Positions 61,737 through 64,000 of a stretch of DNA of 64,000 nucleotides are shown here, piece by piece. The notes beneath the pieces are model-generated. The model saw only the letters and a list, made by a program, of their open reading frames with translations. It was not told the origin of the DNA and ran no database searches. Where the stretch lies: assembly GCA_963708295.1 (NCBI GenBank), contig CAVPSJ010000006.1:8635-72634 (forward strand). Reading direction: 5' to 3'. This DNA comes from an uncultured delta proteobacterium. Lineage in GTDB: Bacteria; Desulfobacterota; BSN033; UBA1163. Within the stretch, counting starts at the first letter, position 1, and each line of letters opens with the position of its first letter. The position numbers and the translations under genes were made by a program.

Positions 61737-62702
61737 CTAAGAAAGTTCTTTCTCAATCTTGCTCAATTCCCGATCAAATCCTCGGTCTCGCTGCCGCTTC
61801 CCCTCTACCCTCCTGAAGGCTACGCTCACTGCCGTATAGTGCCTTTTGCCAAAGATGGCCCCAATCTCATTGAGCGAAAGATCCGTCTTCTTCCTCACCA
61901 GATACATCGCAACCTGAGTCCCGCGGTGGAGAGGATGCGCTAGCCGTGTGATCCTATCGGCTGGAACTCCATAGAATGATGCTACCTTCTCCACAATCAC
62001 TCCAGCCTCCGTCTTGCGATGAATTTCCTTGAGCACAGGAACCTCATTCCGTCCCTGAAGTCCTTCCACCCGATTCTTTACTCCCACCCAAAATGTCTCG
62101 CCTCCCAGAACAATCCCCCCCGTTACTGCCTCCAAGGGATCCCTGACCTCCCCCTTTAGTCCCTCCTCCACAAACTCTCGATATTTACGCCGCCCCTTAC
62201 CCAGGCTCTTGTCCATCTGTCCCAAAATGTCCTCTCTCCGAAGCCACCCCGGACAAGACCCCGAAGACAGATAACTAGGATAACTGCTCCATCGATAGGC
62301 CTCCGGCCTCTTCACCATTCCCGCCCTCACTGGATTTAGGTGGATGTAACGGGACAGCTCTAACAAATATGGATCCTTTTCCACAACAATGCTTCGATAG
62401 CGACCCTGGAAAAGATGCCCCACCCGATCATGCCTCCGGTTAAAGTAATTTGTATAAGCGGTATTCAAATCGTGCAAAGCGGCAGATAAGTTTGCCCGGG
62501 GGGTTTCAACAAGAACGTGATAATGATTGGTCATGAGGACATAAGAATGAATCACAACGCCGTAGCGCTCGTAAATCGGCTCAAAACGACTAACAAAGCG
62601 AAGATAGTCCTGCTCTATCAGAAAAATCGGCCGCTTCTCGTTTCCCCTTGCCGTAATGTGATAAAAGCCACCTTCCCACTCGACTCGCAGCGGTCTCGAC
62701 AT
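61737..62702 (-). CDS. REP-associated tyrosine (HUH/Y1) transposase with DnaA-C-like HTH tail
   Basis: YHITARGN, LMTNHYH, GHLFQGRY, YIHLNPVRAG, YRWSSY; AMYL...SLNEIGAIFGKRHYTAV. Confidence 0.92.
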   Translation of the reverse strand: MSRPLRVEWEGGFYHITARGNEKRPIFLIEQDYLRFVSRFEPIYERYGVVIHSYVLMTNHYHVLVETPRANLSAALHDLNTAYTNYFNRRHDRVGHLFQGRYRSIVVEKDPYLLELSRYIHLNPVRAGMVKRPEAYRWSSYPSYLSSGSCPGWLRREDILGQMDKSLGKGRRKYREFVEEGLKGEVRDPLEAVTGGIVLGGETFWVGVKNRVEGLQGRNEVPVLKEIHRKTEAGVIVEKVASFYGVPADRITRLAHPLHRGTQVAMYLVRKKTDLSLNEIGAIFGKRHYTAVSVAFRRVEGKRQRDRGFDRELSKIEKELS

Positions 62703-62937
62703 AATACCACACTATCTACCATAAATTAATGTCTCATGTCAAGACCTGACACCGTTTTCCTTTACGACTCCTCATTAATGGACACATCCTACTGGTTATC
62801 GCTGCTAACCAGTCGTTTAATAAAACTTCGATAGGAATGCGGTTCTCGCTTCAAAATCGTTGATAGCACCAGCTTATTGCCTCCTGGAAAACCATGGGCA
62901 TCATAATGCTGAAGCATTTTTAAAAATGTCTCGCTAC

Positions 62938-63504
62938 TAGCCTCCCCCAAGGGATACTCCTTCTCTCACATACTCCTCATATCTCTTAACTGCCCGACGC
63001 CCCTTACCGAAATAGGCCCTAATTGCCTTACTATCCTGCCACTCCTGCCTTACCCTCCCCAGGATCGCGGCATGACCTGTCCAACGATAGTCTCTCACGG
63101 CTTCAAGCTACCCACTATCCTTGCTCTTAACGGATTTAAATGAATGTATCTCGTCAATTCCAGTAGATAGGGGTCGTCTTCACATATGATCGATTTGTAT
63201 CTGTTCTGAAAGAGATGACCATATCTCTTGTGCTAGGCAGATTAAAGTTCACGACGTATCCGTAAGAAGTTTCCTCATGCTCTTCGAAATAGGCTGCCGA
63301 CCCGTCCGAAGCAATAAATGAAAGTGGTTGGGCATCAGAGACCAAGCATAGACGATGAGCTCCCCGCCCATCGACAAATCTGCCAGCCTATTGAACGAAA
63401 TCCTCCCCGGTCTTGATCTGTGCGGAAGATGCTTGTCCGGTCGATGCCTTGGCCTATGATATGATGCAACGCCCCGGGAGCATCAGTCTTGGCTGTCTCG
63501 GCAT
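62938..63504 (-). pseudogene. Second RAYT transposase, decayed
   Basis: MPRQPRL, PGALHHI, LMPNHFHLL, GHLFQNRYKSI, YIHLNPLRA read across several frameshifts. Confidence 0.82.
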
Positions 63505-63510
63505 AAAACC

Positions 63511-63539
63511 ACCTTACAGACTTTCGCTCTAGCTGTCAA
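63511..63539 (-). promoter_or_regulatory. Putative sigma70 promoter for a leaderless RAYT transcript
   Basis: TTGACA-N17-TAAGGT, ATG 6 nt after the -10 box, no SD. Confidence 0.5.
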
Positions 63540-63573
63540 GTTGTTTTAGAACCAACGTCCCCTAGATCTTTGC

Positions 63574-63860
63574 CGCCGGAGGGTTCTTTGCAGCTGCTAT
63601 CCAGGTTCTACACCACTTCCATGGCCTTCGGTATCAATCAGTAACTCGGCTCCCTCTTGCTCCCCTTTTGGGGCCACATTTCGACGCTGCAGGATTCACT
63701 TGATGTTACGGGCTGCTGTTTTGCTCCTCTTCTCAGAGGGTTACATCGCTTCAACACATTCAGTCGCCCGAATGCATTGGATGCCTGCTACATGGCCCCC
63801 TGGCGGTTACCATGACCGGACTTGCACCGGTTCACGAGTAGATAGCTTTGCAGGGCACAC
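63574..63860 (-). mobile_element. Group II intron, 5' fragment (domain I only, no RT ORF)
   Basis: Starts GTGTG; ACCGGTGCAAGTCCGGT hairpin; GCCGAG...CGAAGGC loop holding GATTGA, complementary to the exon end TCAATT. Confidence 0.8.
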
Positions 63861-64000
63861 AATTGACATGTTCGCTATTGATGCCTAATAGCTTTTGATA
63901 CAATGTCCTTCATGATTTTACCATCTTTGCTGTTATTGAAATCTCTTAATATTATTTATCCAGAAAGGCAGGTCTTTTTTTAAACATAGGTCCCTCAAGA

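Larger units (their letters stand above)
60059..62752 (-). mobile_element. RAYT element bounded by 23-bp inverted repeats; left repeat split by IS1182
   Basis: GTGTCAGGTCTT (60059-60070) plus GACATGAGACA (61698-61708) equals the reverse complement of 62730-62752. Confidence 0.8.

Noticed and set aside
63154-63345. 63-aa ORF as an independent cassette gene
   Set aside because: Alternative frame of the decayed RAYT

Overview
Bacterial chromosomal window whose gene content (iorAB, lepA-hemW, dprA-topA, FleN/DnaJ-HTH pair, pgsA-tRNA-Gly-tRNA-Cys) suggests an anaerobic Desulfobacterota/deltaproteobacterium; this assignment is an inference. Bases 1-56.9 kb are mostly housekeeping and metabolic genes. 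Their intergenic spaces carry several families of short palindromic or inverted-repeat elements and a few gene scars (internally deleted pncB, asparaginase stub, duplicated hemW 3' end). Several conserved genes (topA, iorA, iorB, DUF763, endonuclease Q) carry single-base frameshifts that look like assembly indels. From 56.9 kb to the end lies a minus-strand integron cassette array with four canonical attC sites and no integrase in the window. Its cassettes are hicB with truncated hicA, a GNAT, a HEPN-motif protein and two membrane proteins. The array is overlaid by nested mobile DNA: a truncated IS4, an IS1182 inserted exactly inside the 23-bp inverted repeat of a RAYT (HUH/Y1) transposase element, a second decayed RAYT sitting like a cassette, and the 5' part of a group II intron inserted in the L'' box of a probable fifth attC, co-oriented with the cassettes. 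All calls come from reading the sequence and recalled family motifs; no searches were run.
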